From positions 68,890 through 132,889 of the forward strand of contig JAVWPP010000001.1 in the NCBI GenBank assembly GCA_036635835.1: a DNA stretch of 64,000 nt, in the 5' to 3' direction. Shown here in pieces: positions 50,316 through 60,761 of the stretch. Below the pieces are notes generated by a model. The model searched no databases. It was not told where the DNA came from and saw only the letters and a program-made list of their open reading frames with translations. This DNA comes from Clostridia bacterium. Its GTDB lineage: Bacteria > Bacillota > Clostridia > TANB77 > CAG-465. Position numbers and translations under genes: made by a program. The stretch's first letter is position 1, and each line of letters opens with the position of its first letter.

Positions 50316-51515
50316 ATGAAAATATTAGGAATAATCGCAGAATATAATCCATTTCATAGCGGACATAAATATCATATTGAAAAAGCTAAAAAAATTACTT
50401 CTGCAGACTATGTTATATGTATAATGTCTGGTAACTTTACGCAGCAAGGTAATGTTGCAGTACTAGATAAATTTACTAGAGCTAAAATTGCTTGTAGTTA
50501 TGGTGTAGATTTAGTTTTGGAACTGCCTACTGTTTTTGCAACATCAAGTTCAGAGTACTTTGCAAAATCTGCAATAAGTATTCTTCATTCATTAGGCTGC
50601 ATAGATTATATTTGCTTTGGAAGTGAAGCTAAAAATATAGAAGAATTTAATGAAGTATATACCCATATAACTCAAAATAAAGCTAAAATAGATGTTTCCA
50701 TTAAAACAAAATTAGATACTGGAATGGCTTTTCAAAATGCAAAAATAAAAAGCATTTGCGAAGAGTATAATGGTAAACTAGATATCGACTCATTTTTTAA
50801 ATCTAATAACATTTTAGGCCTAGAGTATGTAATGGCTTTAAAGTCGCTAAACAGTACCATACAGCCATTATGTATACATAGAAGTAAATCTACGTACAAT
50901 TCAAAAGTGGTCGCTTTAAACGGCCTTTCTAGCGCAACTAGCATAAGGGAATATCTATATGCAAATAATGATTTAACTAAACTAACTTGCACTATACCAG
51001 AAATTTCACTAAAAAGCTTACAAAATTCGTATTTACCTAAAAACGAAGATTTCTATAGTGTTTTTAGATATATCGTTTTAGGAAACAAAAATATTATAAA
51101 AGATATTGATGACATTTCAGAAGGATTAGAAAATAGGATTTATGCAAATGCAGTTAAATGTACAAGCTATGGCGATTTTTTAAACGCTACTATAACAAAA
51201 AGATATACATTGTCTAAGATTAAAAGAATCTATTGCAAAATTCTTTTAAATATCACAAAAGAAAAATCTCAATTATTATATGAAAAAAACGCTCTATATG
51301 CACGTATTTTAGCTTTAAATACAAATAGCAAGTGTTTACTCGGTCATATTGCAAAAAACGCTAATTTGCCCATCCTAAGCATGCTAAATCAGGCTTCCTA
51401 CAAAGAGTTAAACGAGAAGCAAAAATGCTTGCTAGATGTTGATATATTAGCTACTAATTTATATGATATTATTCAAAAGAAAACATTGAACAATGATTAT
51501 TTCAATCATTTGTAG
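50316..51515 (+). CDS. tmcAL: tRNA(Met) cytidine acetate ligase TmcAL (YlbM/UPF0348 nucleotidyltransferase)
   Basis: N-terminal GIIAEYNPFHSGHKYHI HxGH nucleotidyltransferase motif, typical of YlbM. Confidence 0.75.
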   Translation: MKILGIIAEYNPFHSGHKYHIEKAKKITSADYVICIMSGNFTQQGNVAVLDKFTRAKIACSYGVDLVLELPTVFATSSSEYFAKSAISILHSLGCIDYICFGSEAKNIEEFNEVYTHITQNKAKIDVSIKTKLDTGMAFQNAKIKSICEEYNGKLDIDSFFKSNNILGLEYVMALKSLNSTIQPLCIHRSKSTYNSKVVALNGLSSATSIREYLYANNDLTKLTCTIPEISLKSLQNSYLPKNEDFYSVFRYIVLGNKNIIKDIDDISEGLENRIYANAVKCTSYGDFLNATITKRYTLSKIKRIYCKILLNITKEKSQLLYEKNALYARILALNTNSKCLLGHIAKNANLPILSMLNQASYKELNEKQKCLLDVDILATNLYDIIQKKTLNNDYFNHL

Positions 51516-51565
51516 CTTTTATGCATACTAAAATGCAGCAACCTTAATAAGGTTTGCTGCATTTT

Positions 51566-52078
51566 TTAATTACCTCTAATCAATTCTAATTTATTAATGA
51601 TTAAATTTGTTATTAAATTTATTCTTACATTATCTACTATACCATATACCGAATCAGATTTTTCTTTTAATAGTATAGTTTTTTGTAGTATTCTATTTTC
51701 GTTAGTATATTTAATCGTTATTCCATATCCATCCCAAATTTTTTCGTTATTAAAATATGGACAAACCTCTCCTATGTATTCTTTTCTTATTTCAATTACA
51801 TTATTAATATCTATAAGCGTAGGTCGAGAATTACTATTTGTTTCTGTTATTCTTAAATAATTAGCTAAAAACTCGATTTTATTGTTTTTTGTTATAAAGT
51901 CATTTTTTCTTTTTAATTGCTTTATTATTTTTTCATCTTTGTAATATATATGTTTCTCCAATAGTTTTTGCGCTATATCTCGTTGGATTGATTTTCTTTT
52001 TAGTTTTTTAAATAAAATTATTATTGTTATACAAAGAATCACTAATCCTAGCAATAATATTATTTTTGCTATATCCAT
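51566..52078 (-). CDS. Hypothetical membrane-anchored protein
   Basis: N-terminal TM AKIILLLGLVILCITIIILF; no recognisable domain. Confidence 0.4.
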   Translation of the reverse strand: MDIAKIILLLGLVILCITIIILFKKLKRKSIQRDIAQKLLEKHIYYKDEKIIKQLKRKNDFITKNNKIEFLANYLRITETNSNSRPTLIDINNVIEIRKEYIGEVCPYFNNEKIWDGYGITIKYTNENRILQKTILLKEKSDSVYGIVDNVRINLITNLIINKLELIRGN

Positions 52079-52196
52079 ACTTTACTCCTTTTTTTATCTA
52101 TATATATATTATACTACATTATGTGTAATTATGTCAACTTGTTTTTGAAAAGTGGTAAAAAAAAATGCAATTTCTTGCATTCTTTTTATATATAAA

Positions 52197-52718
52197 CTAT
52201 ATTAGTTCTATTATTGCTCTATCAGCTCCGTCGCCTTTTCTTGCAACTAATTTAATAATTCTAGTGTATCCACCATTGTTTGCTTCATATTTTGGAGCAA
52301 TATCATTAAATAATTTTTCTGTTAAATCAATAGTATTTCCTTTATAATCTTTTAACTTCATTATTGTTTTAAACATTTTTCTTCTTGCAGCTAATTTAGA
52401 AGCTTTATCTGTTTTTACTTCTTCTTTAACTATTTCTCTTACTACAACGTCATATTTGTTTCCGTTTTTAGAAGTCTTAGTTTCTTTTACTATTTTTCCG
52501 TTTTCAACTTTAGCTCTTGAAACTGTTTTTTCAACCATTTCAAAATTGTCTTTTTCAGATATAGCAAGAGCAACTAAACTGTCTACTAAAGGTTTAACTT
52601 CTTTAGCTTTAGGTAATGTAGTCTCAATTTTACCGTTAAGTATTACTTGAGATACTAGATTATTAAGTAAAGCTTTTCTATGAGCAGTAGTTCTTCCTAG
52701 TTTTCTTGTTCCTGGCAT
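52197..52718 (-). CDS. rplQ: 50S ribosomal protein L17 with an internal insertion of about 55 aa
   Basis: L17 N-terminus (RKLGRTTAHRKALLNNL) and C-terminus (GGYTRIIKLVARKGDGADRAIIELI) are separated by an extra K/E-rich segment; total 173 aa. Confidence 0.85.
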   Translation of the reverse strand: MPGTRKLGRTTAHRKALLNNLVSQVILNGKIETTLPKAKEVKPLVDSLVALAISEKDNFEMVEKTVSRAKVENGKIVKETKTSKNGNKYDVVVREIVKEEVKTDKASKLAARRKMFKTIMKLKDYKGNTIDLTEKLFNDIAPKYEANNGGYTRIIKLVARKGDGADRAIIELI

Positions 52719-52737
52719 TTATTCGTCCTCCTATATA

Positions 52738-53685
52738 TTATTCTTCAACTGATTTAAATTCTAATCCTAAAGAGCGTACTTTGTTTATTACTTCTTCTAA
52801 AGACTTTTTACCAAGATTTCTAACTTGCATCATTTCATGTTCCTTTTTAGCAACTATATCTGCAACTGTTAGTAATCCCGCTCTCTTTAAGCAGTTAAAC
52901 GATCTTACTGATAATTCTAATTCTTCAATTGACATTTCCATCATTTTATCTTTTTCAGACATTTCTTTTTGTGACATTATTGACATATTTCTTGCTATAT
53001 CAGATAAGTCTATAAACATATCTAAATGTTCATTCAAAATTTTAGCAGCTAAACTTAGCGCTTGATATGGTTCTAAAACACCATTAGTCCAAATTTCAAC
53101 AGTTAACTTATCGTAATCTGTTTCTTGTCCAACTCTTGTTTTATCCACATTAAAGTTAGCTTTAACTACTGGTGAGAATATTGAATCAATTGGAATTGCG
53201 TTTACAGGTAATTCATCTGATTTATTTTTTTCAGCTTGTACATATCCTCTACCTTTTTTTGCATGCATCTCTATGTTTAAAGTTGCACCATCATCTAAGT
53301 ATGCTATATGTAAATCTTTATTTATAATTTCACAAGTAGAATCTGCGAATATATCTGCAGCTGTAACCTCGCAAGGTCCAACGGCTTTAATATTTAACAT
53401 TTTTTCATCAACACCATCAGATTTAACACAAACTTCTTTTATGTTTAATATTATATCAGTAACATCTTCTGTGATACCTGGTAAAGTTGTGAATTCATGA
53501 GCTACTCCATCAATCTTGATATCGCATATTGCGTATCCTGGTAATGATGAAAGTAATATTCTTCTCAATGAGTTTCCAAGAGTGATTCCAAATCCTCTTT
53601 CTAGTGGTTCAACCTCAAATTTTGCATAAAAAGTATCTGGATCTAACTCCACACATTTAATTTCTGGTCTTTCCATTTCTAACAT
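52738..53685 (-). CDS. rpoA: DNA-directed RNA polymerase subunit alpha
   Basis: 315 aa; N-terminal dimerisation domain and C-terminal alpha-CTD. Confidence 0.95.
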   Translation of the reverse strand: MLEMERPEIKCVELDPDTFYAKFEVEPLERGFGITLGNSLRRILLSSLPGYAICDIKIDGVAHEFTTLPGITEDVTDIILNIKEVCVKSDGVDEKMLNIKAVGPCEVTAADIFADSTCEIINKDLHIAYLDDGATLNIEMHAKKGRGYVQAEKNKSDELPVNAIPIDSIFSPVVKANFNVDKTRVGQETDYDKLTVEIWTNGVLEPYQALSLAAKILNEHLDMFIDLSDIARNMSIMSQKEMSEKDKMMEMSIEELELSVRSFNCLKRAGLLTVADIVAKKEHEMMQVRNLGKKSLEEVINKVRSLGLEFKSVEE

Positions 53686-53735
53686 TCTGCTTCCCCCTTA
53701 TTTACTAAGCGATCAATATATCACTTAGTTTAAAA

Positions 53736-54365
53736 TTAGTTTTTAGAGTAAAGCTCTACTATCAAGCTTTCTTGTACGTCTAAATCAACATCTTCTCTAG
53801 TTGGTAATCTTAGTACTTTTGCTTCATTTATTTCTCTGTTTAATTCTAACCATGATGGAATAACTTTAGAATTAGTTGCTTCTAATACTTGAACTATTGT
53901 TTTATTGTCTTTCTTAGCTTCTCTAACTTTTACAACATCTCCTACTTTAACAATATAAGATGGTATATCTGTTTTCTTACCGTTAACTTCTAACATTCCA
54001 AATCTAACTAATTGTCTTGATTCAGCTCTAGATGTTCCGATTCCTAATCTATATGCTACATTATCTAGTCTTCTTTCTAATATTCCGAATAATGTTTCAG
54101 AAGTTACTCCTTCTGCATTAAACGCTTCATCAAAATATTTTCTGAATTGGCTTTCTAATATTCCGTAGTATATCTTTGTTCTTTGTTTTGCTCTTAATTG
54201 TGTTCCATATTCTGATAATTTAGATTTTGCCTTACCATGTTGTCCTGGAGCATAATTACGTCTTTCCAAAGCACATTTACTTGTTGTACATCTTGTTCCT
54301 TTTAAGAAAAGCTTTGTACCTTCTCTTCTACATTTTCTACATAATGCCTCTGTATATCTTGCCAT
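53736..54365 (-). CDS. rpsD: 30S ribosomal protein S4
   Basis: MARYTEALCRKCRREG zinc-ribbon N-terminus. Confidence 0.95.
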   Translation of the reverse strand: MARYTEALCRKCRREGTKLFLKGTRCTTSKCALERRNYAPGQHGKAKSKLSEYGTQLRAKQRTKIYYGILESQFRKYFDEAFNAEGVTSETLFGILERRLDNVAYRLGIGTSRAESRQLVRFGMLEVNGKKTDIPSYIVKVGDVVKVREAKKDNKTIVQVLEATNSKVIPSWLELNREINEAKVLRLPTREDVDLDVQESLIVELYSKN

Positions 54366-54384
54366 TTTTCGTTTTCACCCCCGA

Positions 54385-54780
54385 CTATATTCTTCTTCTT
54401 TTTGGTGGTCTGCAACCATTATGAGGAATTGGAGTTACATCTTTAATCATGTTTATTTCCAATCCAGCAGCTTGTAATGCTCTTATAGCTGCTTCTCTTC
54501 CTGATCCAGGTCCTTTTACAAATACTTCTATATTTTTTAATCCATGTTCCATAGCGGCTTTTGCTGCTATTTCAGCAGCTGTTTGAGCAGCGAATGGAGT
54601 ATTTTTTCTAGATCCTTTGAATCCTTGGCTTCCTGCACTTGACCAAGATAAAACATTACCTTGTGAATCTGTCATAGTAACAATTGTATTGTTAAATGAA
54701 GATTGAATGTGTGCAACGCCAGTTGTTATGTTTTTTCTGACTTTTTTCTTTGTTGCTGTTTTTTTAGTTACTTTTGCCAT
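54385..54780 (-). CDS. rpsK: 30S ribosomal protein S11
   Basis: [18 protein letters not shown]. Confidence 0.95.
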   Translation of the reverse strand: MAKVTKKTATKKKVRKNITTGVAHIQSSFNNTIVTMTDSQGNVLSWSSAGSQGFKGSRKNTPFAAQTAAEIAAKAAMEHGLKNIEVFVKGPGSGREAAIRALQAAGLEINMIKDVTPIPHNGCRPPKRRRI

Positions 54781-54797
54781 TTTGTTATACCCCTTTC

Positions 54798-55163
54798 TTA
54801 ACCCTTCTTATTAGCTACTATTTTCTTAGGACCTTTTCTTGTTCTTGCATTAGTTTTTGTTCTTTGTCCTCTTACTGGTAATTTCTTTTTGTGTCTTTGT
54901 CCTCTATAACAATTAATTTCCATTAATCTTTTGATGTTTAAAGCGACATCTCTTCTTAAATCACCTTCAACTGTTTCTCTTTCGATTATTGCTCTTATTT
55001 TTGCAATATCTTCATCAGTTAAATCTTTTATTCTAATTGTACTATCAATACCAGCTTCTGCTAATATTGCTCTTGATTTTGATCTTCCAATACCATAAAT
55101 ATAAGTTAATCCTATTTCTGCTACCTTATTATTTGGTAAATCAATTCCTGCTATACGTGCCAT
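54798..55163 (-). CDS. rpsM: 30S ribosomal protein S13
   Basis: [13 protein letters not shown]. Confidence 0.95.
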   Translation of the reverse strand: MARIAGIDLPNNKVAEIGLTYIYGIGRSKSRAILAEAGIDSTIRIKDLTDEDIAKIRAIIERETVEGDLRRDVALNIKRLMEINCYRGQRHKKKLPVRGQRTKTNARTRKGPKKIVANKKG

Positions 55164-55181
55164 TTAAGCCACACCTCCTAA

Positions 55182-55295
55182 TTAACCTTGTCTTTGTTTG
55201 TGTTTTGCTGTTGGACATATTACTCTAACAACACCTTTTCTTTTTATGATTTTGCATTTTTCACAAATCTTTTTTACAGATGGTCTTACTTTCAT
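55182..55295 (-). CDS. rpmJ: 50S ribosomal protein L36
   Basis: My own ORF call, not in the supplied track: [37 protein letters not shown], a C-x2-C...C...H zinc ribbon. Confidence 0.9.
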   Translation of the reverse strand: MKVRPSVKKICEKCKIIKRKGVVRVICPTAKHKQRQG

Positions 55296-55445
55296 TTTCG
55301 ATGTTCCTCCTTTAAAAAATGCTTTTTGAAATACCGCTCAATGTGTGCAAGCTAATATTTCATATATATTAAAACAAACTATGTAATGAATCTTAGATTC
55401 ACAGCCGCTACTTCATTTGCTTCAAACTAAATTAATAAATAATGA

Positions 55446-55664
55446 CTACTTGCCTCTCCAAGTTATTCTACCTTTAGTTAAGTCATACGTTGATAATTCA
55501 AGTTTAACTTTATCCCCAGGAAGAATCTTAATGTAATGCATTCTAAGTTTACCTGATATATGAGCTAATACTTGATGCCCGTTTTCAAGTTGTACTTTAA
55601 AAGTTGCGTTTGGTAATGCTTCTGAAACAATTCCCTCAACCTCAATTACATCATCTTTTGCCAT
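55446..55664 (-). CDS. infA: Translation initiation factor IF-1
   Basis: 72 aa S1-like protein: [11 protein letters not shown]... Confidence 0.95.
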   Translation of the reverse strand: MAKDDVIEVEGIVSEALPNATFKVQLENGHQVLAHISGKLRMHYIKILPGDKVKLELSTYDLTKGRITWRGK

Positions 55665-55746
55665 GTTTTCGCCTCCTATTTATTTCCTTACCGCTACTTA
55701 TGTTACTCTCACGGTAATGTAACACATATATTATACCGTTTCTCAA

Positions 55747-56511
55747 CTAAAAAGTCAAGATGTCTGGTGAATTTTCTGTAATTATTATTGTATTTTCGTA
55801 ATAGGCTCCTAGCTTACCGTCTTTAGTGACTATTGTCCATAGATCCGAAAGGACTTCTACGTCTGGATTTCCTTCAGTAATCATAGGTTCTATTGCTAAT
55901 CCCATTCCCTTTACAAGCCTCATTCCAGTGCCTTTTCTACCTATATTAGGAACTCCAGGATCTTCATGCATTTCTTTACCTATACCATGTCCTTGAAAGT
56001 CTCTTAATAACCCAAATCCATTTTTTTCTACATAAGTTTGAATTGCATTTGAAATATCACCTATTCTATTTCCTGCTTTTGCATAATCCATTGCATAGAA
56101 AAATGCTTCTTCCGCAACTTTTATTAATTTTTCTGCAGTTTTAGATACTTTTCCTACCGCGTAAGTTCTTCCTGCATCTGCACAGTATCCATTTTTTTCA
56201 ATAGTAACATCTAAACATAACACATCTCCTTCTTTTAAAGGTGTATTATTTGGTATTCCGTGTATTATTGCATCATTTACAGACATGCAAGTACAGTGTT
56301 TATATGATTTCCCTTCAGGAAACATACAAGGTACACCAATAAAAGATGGTTTTGCTTTATTTTCTTTTATTATTTTTGCAACCATTGTATCTAACTCAAG
56401 AGTTGTAACTCCCGGTTTAACTTCTTTTTCCATTGCTATGAAAATCTTTTTTACTATTTCACCTGCTTCACGCATTAATTGTATTTCTTTTTCGTTTTTT
56501 ATATGTATCAT
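55747..56511 (-). CDS. map: Methionine aminopeptidase type I
   Basis: 254 aa pita-bread fold, metal ligands present (D...D...H...E...E). Confidence 0.9.
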   Translation of the reverse strand: MIHIKNEKEIQLMREAGEIVKKIFIAMEKEVKPGVTTLELDTMVAKIIKENKAKPSFIGVPCMFPEGKSYKHCTCMSVNDAIIHGIPNNTPLKEGDVLCLDVTIEKNGYCADAGRTYAVGKVSKTAEKLIKVAEEAFFYAMDYAKAGNRIGDISNAIQTYVEKNGFGLLRDFQGHGIGKEMHEDPGVPNIGRKGTGMRLVKGMGLAIEPMITEGNPDVEVLSDLWTIVTKDGKLGAYYENTIIITENSPDILTF

Positions 56512-57153
56512 TTATTCAGCTAACGCTTGCTCTAAAGCTATTTCAGGAGTTTTTCCAGAATCAATAGACTTTAAAACACCTTTCTTTTTATAATATTCAA
56601 CAATTGGATCTGTATTTGTATTAAATATTGCAAGTCTTCTATCTAAAGCTTCTTTATTGTCATCTGCTCTTACTTTTATTTCAGAACCACATTTATCGCA
56701 AATATTTTCTACTTTTTCTGGTGTATCTAAACTAAAAGTTGCTCTACAATTTACACATTCTTTTCTTGAAAGAATTCTTCTGTATATTGTTTCTTTAGAT
56801 ACTTCTAATAAAAACGCAGCAGTTACTTTTCTATTAATAGATCCAAGTAATTGGTCTAAACATACTGCTTGTTCGTAATTTCTAGGATATCCATCTAATA
56901 TAAATCCAGCTTTACAATCGTCTTTAGAAATTCTATTTAATAACAAAGTATTTATTACACTATCTGGTAATAATTCTCCTTTTTGAAGTAACTCAATTGC
57001 TTCTTTAGGTAAATCTTCAGTTTTTCTAAGCATTTCTCCTGTAGATATACATGGTATTCCTTTATTTTCAGAGATCAATCTAGAAATTGTTCCCTTCCCT
57101 GAGCCTGGTGCTCCTAATAAAACTATTATCACTATTATTCCCTCCATATTCAT
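56512..57153 (-). CDS. adk: Adenylate kinase (intact copy, zinc-binding LID)
   Basis: P-loop GAPGSGKGT; LID cysteines CVNC...CDKC. Confidence 0.9.
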   Translation of the reverse strand: MNMEGIIVIIVLLGAPGSGKGTISRLISENKGIPCISTGEMLRKTEDLPKEAIELLQKGELLPDSVINTLLLNRISKDDCKAGFILDGYPRNYEQAVCLDQLLGSINRKVTAAFLLEVSKETIYRRILSRKECVNCRATFSLDTPEKVENICDKCGSEIKVRADDNKEALDRRLAIFNTNTDPIVEYYKKKGVLKSIDSGKTPEIALEQALAE

Positions 57154-57268
57154 TCACATAATATTATTACATATTTTCGTCCAAAAGTAAAGATTGAATG
57201 CGTATTTTCTTTGTTTTATATGCAAAAAAAACACAAACTATTATGTTTGTGTTTTTAAATTGATTTTT

Positions 57269-57883
57269 CTAAAAAATATCCTTGATTATTTCCTCAACTT
57301 CCATATTTCCATCTATTACTTTTAGTATACCTTTATTTTTGTAATATTCTATTATTTCTTTTGACTCATTATCAAAAATTTGAATTCTTCTTTTAATGCT
57401 ATTTATATTATCATCAGATCTTTTTTTTAGATAACTATGACAACAATCACATATATTTTCGTTTTTAGGTTTGTTGTTTATATTATATATTTTTCCACAA
57501 TTATCGCATTGAATTCTTTCAATAACTCTATTTATTAATATGTCTTTAGGTACATCTAAAAAAATCACTTTTTCCTCTTCAGTATTTAGATTTTTAAATG
57601 TATTTTCTAAAAATGCCACTTGAGAAAAGTTTCTAGGATATCCATCTAAAATAAAACCTTCTTAGCAATCTTTTGCTTTAACTCTATTTTTTAAGACTTC
57701 ATTTACAATATCATCAGTTAAAAGTTCACCACTTCTAATTGCTTTAATGTCTTCGCTAGTTAAAAATTCGTTTTTTCTTAAAAGCTCACCTGTAGATATC
57801 GTTGGTATTCCGGTTTTTTCTGAAATAGCTCTTGCTATAGTGCCTTTACCTGAGCCTGGTGCTCCAATTAAAATAATTCTCAT
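57269..57883 (-). pseudogene. adk: Second, divergent adenylate kinase copy interrupted by a single in-frame TAA at a conserved Lys codon
   Basis: Two ORFs (57662..57883 and 57269..57619) lie in the same frame. Reading through the TAA at 57662-57664 gives ...KAKDC*EGFILDGYPRN..., which is colinear with the intact copy (...KDDCKAGFILDGYPRN). LID cysteines CDNC...CDCC are present. Confidence 0.7.
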
Positions 57884-58058
57884 ATATTTTGCCTCCCTAT
57901 TATTTATTAAAATAATATCTATAAATATTTGTCTAAAATATTATATCATAGTTATGTAAAGTTGTAAAGTATTTTTTAAAGATATATGTACAAAGTATCC
58001 GGGTTATTGAATAAAAAAAATAGCACTATCTAAGATAGCACCATTTCTTTTACATAAT

Positions 58059-59366
58059 TTAGTCTATAAATCCTTTATAGTGTCTGCTCACCATTTGTGA
58101 TTCTAATTGTTTTAATATTTCAAGTGCAACACCTACTACGATAAGTATTGATGTTCCTCCAAAAGAAACTTTTAAAGCTGGCATTAATCCTTGTACTAAT
58201 ATTGGTAGTACAGCAACTAATGCTAGGAAAAATCCTCCTGCCCATGTAATATTGTTTAATACATTAGATATATAATCACTAGTTGGTTTACCAGCTCTTA
58301 TACCAGGAATAAATCCTCCATTTTTCTTTAGGCCATTAGCCATTTCTATTGGGTTAACTATTATTGTAGTATAGAAGAATGTAAATACTAGGATAAGTAT
58401 CATATATATTAATGCATATGCTACAAGTCCCCATACATTACCTGTATTCATTGAAAACATATCGTATACACCTTTCCAGAACCCTGTTGGGGCACCTTTA
58501 GATACGATTTGTATAATTGTTGCTGGAAACATCATGAATGACATTGCGAATATAACAGGAATTACACCAGCCATAGCCACTTTAAGTGGTATATGAGTGT
58601 TTTGTCCTCCCATCATTCTTCTTCCGACAACTCTTTTTGCATAGTTTACAGGAATTCTTCTTTCTGCTTGTTGTACAAAAATTACTCCAGCAACTAGTGC
58701 TATCATAGCTGCAACAAATGCAACTAATACTAACACATGAGTAAGGCTAGTAGCATAATTAACTAATGCTGATACTGCAGCAGGAGCTCTTGAAACGATA
58801 CTTACAAATATGATCATTGATACACCATTTCCAAGTCCTGTTTCTGTTATTTTATCTGATAGCCACATTAATAAAGCTGTTCCAGCCATTAATGAAGATA
58901 CAAATAGTAATAATCCTACTATCATTCCAGCGCCAGATAATAAAGGTCCTACTAAGAACTTTCTATATTGAAGATATAAACCTACACCTTCAACAAGAGC
59001 AAAAGCAACAGTTAAATATTTAGTATATTTAGCTAATTTCTTTTTGCCTGTTTCACCTTCTCTAGCTAATTTTTCTAAACTAGGTATTACAATTTGTAAT
59101 AAATTTAGAATAATTGATGCTGTGATGTATGGTCCAATTGTCATAGCAAATATTGATAGACGACTGAACGCACCACCTGATATAATATTGATAGTTCCTA
59201 ATATTCCATTACTAGCATTATTAAAGTCTTCCATAAAGGCGATTTTATTAATACCTGGTACTGTTATAAAAGAACCAATTCTATATAATACAATTATAAA
59301 GAACACATATAAAATTTTCTTTTTAATATCTTTTACAGAAAATATATCTTTTAAGGTTTGAAGCAT
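58059..59366 (-). CDS. secY: Preprotein translocase subunit SecY
   Basis: 435 aa, 10-TM SecY. Confidence 0.95.
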   Translation of the reverse strand: MLQTLKDIFSVKDIKKKILYVFFIIVLYRIGSFITVPGINKIAFMEDFNNASNGILGTINIISGGAFSRLSIFAMTIGPYITASIILNLLQIVIPSLEKLAREGETGKKKLAKYTKYLTVAFALVEGVGLYLQYRKFLVGPLLSGAGMIVGLLLFVSSLMAGTALLMWLSDKITETGLGNGVSMIIFVSIVSRAPAAVSALVNYATSLTHVLVLVAFVAAMIALVAGVIFVQQAERRIPVNYAKRVVGRRMMGGQNTHIPLKVAMAGVIPVIFAMSFMMFPATIIQIVSKGAPTGFWKGVYDMFSMNTGNVWGLVAYALIYMILILVFTFFYTTIIVNPIEMANGLKKNGGFIPGIRAGKPTSDYISNVLNNITWAGGFFLALVAVLPILVQGLMPALKVSFGGTSILIVVGVALEILKQLESQMVSRHYKGFID

Positions 59367-59367
59367 A

Positions 59368-59808
59368 TTACTTCACCTCGATCTTTCCACCTGCAGCTTC
59401 AATTTTTGATTTTGCAGATTCAGAAAAACACTTAGCTACAACAGTAAGTTTTTTAGTTAAGTTACCATTTCCTAATACTTTAACTCCAGATAATTCTTTT
59501 CTAACAATTCCTTCTTTAAGTAATAATGCAGCGTCAACTACTGTACCATCTTCAAATACTTCTAAAGATGAAACATTAACTATTGCATATTCTCTAGCAA
59601 AAATGTTGTTGAATCCTCTTTTAGGAATTCTTCTATATATAGGTGTTTGTCCACCTTCGAATCCTCTTCTAACTCCACCGCCACTTCTAGCATTTTGTCC
59701 TTTATGACCTTTACCAGCAGTTTTACCTGTGCCTGATCCAATTCCTCTTCCTACTCTTTTAACACCAGAAGTGCTTCCAAAAGCGGGACCTAAATCGTTT
59801 ATTTTCAT
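59368..59808 (-). CDS. rplO: 50S ribosomal protein L15
   Basis: Glycine-rich N-terminus ([19 protein letters not shown]). Confidence 0.95.
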   Translation of the reverse strand: MKINDLGPAFGSTSGVKRVGRGIGSGTGKTAGKGHKGQNARSGGGVRRGFEGGQTPIYRRIPKRGFNNIFAREYAIVNVSSLEVFEDGTVVDAALLLKEGIVRKELSGVKVLGNGNLTKKLTVVAKCFSESAKSKIEAAGGKIEVK

Positions 59809-59862
59809 TTTTTGCGTCCTCCCTTCAATAGGTATTTAGTACCTATCCATACGGATATTATA

Positions 59863-60357
59863 CTATTTTTTTAATAAATCTTCAACCTTTTTTCCTCTAA
59901 GTCTAGCAATTTCTTCGATTGTTCTTGTTTCTTGTAATGCTTTCATTGTTGCATATACAACATTTCTTGCATTTCTAGAACCTAAAGTTTTTACAGTTAC
60001 ATCTCTTATTCCAGCAAGTTCCATTACTGGTCTTACTGCTCCTCCAGCGATAACTCCTGTTCCCTCTGGAGCTGGTTTTATTATAACATTTGTTGATCCA
60101 AATGATGTAGTTGATCCGTATGGTAGTGTTCCATTAACTAATGGTACATTTATAAGGTTTTTTCTAGCTTCTTCTGATGCTTTTCTGATAGCGTCTGGTA
60201 CTTCAGAAGCTTTTCCGCTTCCAACTCCAACTCTACCGTTTTCATCTCCAACAACTACTAAAACGCTAAATCTAAATGTTCTACCACCTTTAACAACTTT
60301 AGCTACTCTACTTACGTGAACAACTTTTTCTTTTAATTCTGTTTTAGTTTCTTGCAC
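59863..60357 (-). CDS. rpsE: 30S ribosomal protein S5
   Basis: [24 protein letters not shown]. Confidence 0.95.
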   Translation of the reverse strand: MQETKTELKEKVVHVSRVAKVVKGGRTFRFSVLVVVGDENGRVGVGSGKASEVPDAIRKASEEARKNLINVPLVNGTLPYGSTTSFGSTNVIIKPAPEGTGVIAGGAVRPVMELAGIRDVTVKTLGSRNARNVVYATMKALQETRTIEEIARLRGKKVEDLLKK

Positions 60358-60375
60358 TGTAATTTCCTCCTTTTT

Positions 60376-60735
60376 TTAGAATTCAAGTCCTGCTTCTCTA
60401 GCTGCTTCAGCTAAAGCTTTAACTTTTCCGTGATATAAGTATCCATTTCTATCAAATACAACTTTAGTTAATTTTAGTTCTAAAGCTTTTTTTGCTATTA
60501 AAGTTCCTACTTCAGTTGCAGCTTCTATGTTTGAAGCTTTTACTTTTACTTCTTTATTAAGAGTAGAAGCACTACAAAGAGTAACTCCAGTTTCATCATT
60601 AATTATTTGAGCATAAATATTATTTAAGCTTCTAAATACTGATAATCTTGGTCTAGCAGATGTACCTTTAACTCTATTTCTAACTCTATATTGTCTAGAA
60701 ATTCTACCTTCATTTTTGCTTATTTTGTTTATCAT
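60376..60735 (-). CDS. rplR: 50S ribosomal protein L18
   Basis: 119 aa. Confidence 0.95.
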   Translation of the reverse strand: MINKISKNEGRISRQYRVRNRVKGTSARPRLSVFRSLNNIYAQIINDETGVTLCSASTLNKEVKVKASNIEAATEVGTLIAKKALELKLTKVVFDRNGYLYHGKVKALAEAAREAGLEF

Positions 60736-60761
60736 TATAAGTTCCCTCCTTTACCTAGGAT

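Noticed and set aside
57619-57664. adk disruption as a frameshift
   Set aside because: The two ORF fragments are in the same frame. The lesion is a single in-frame TAA, not an indel.
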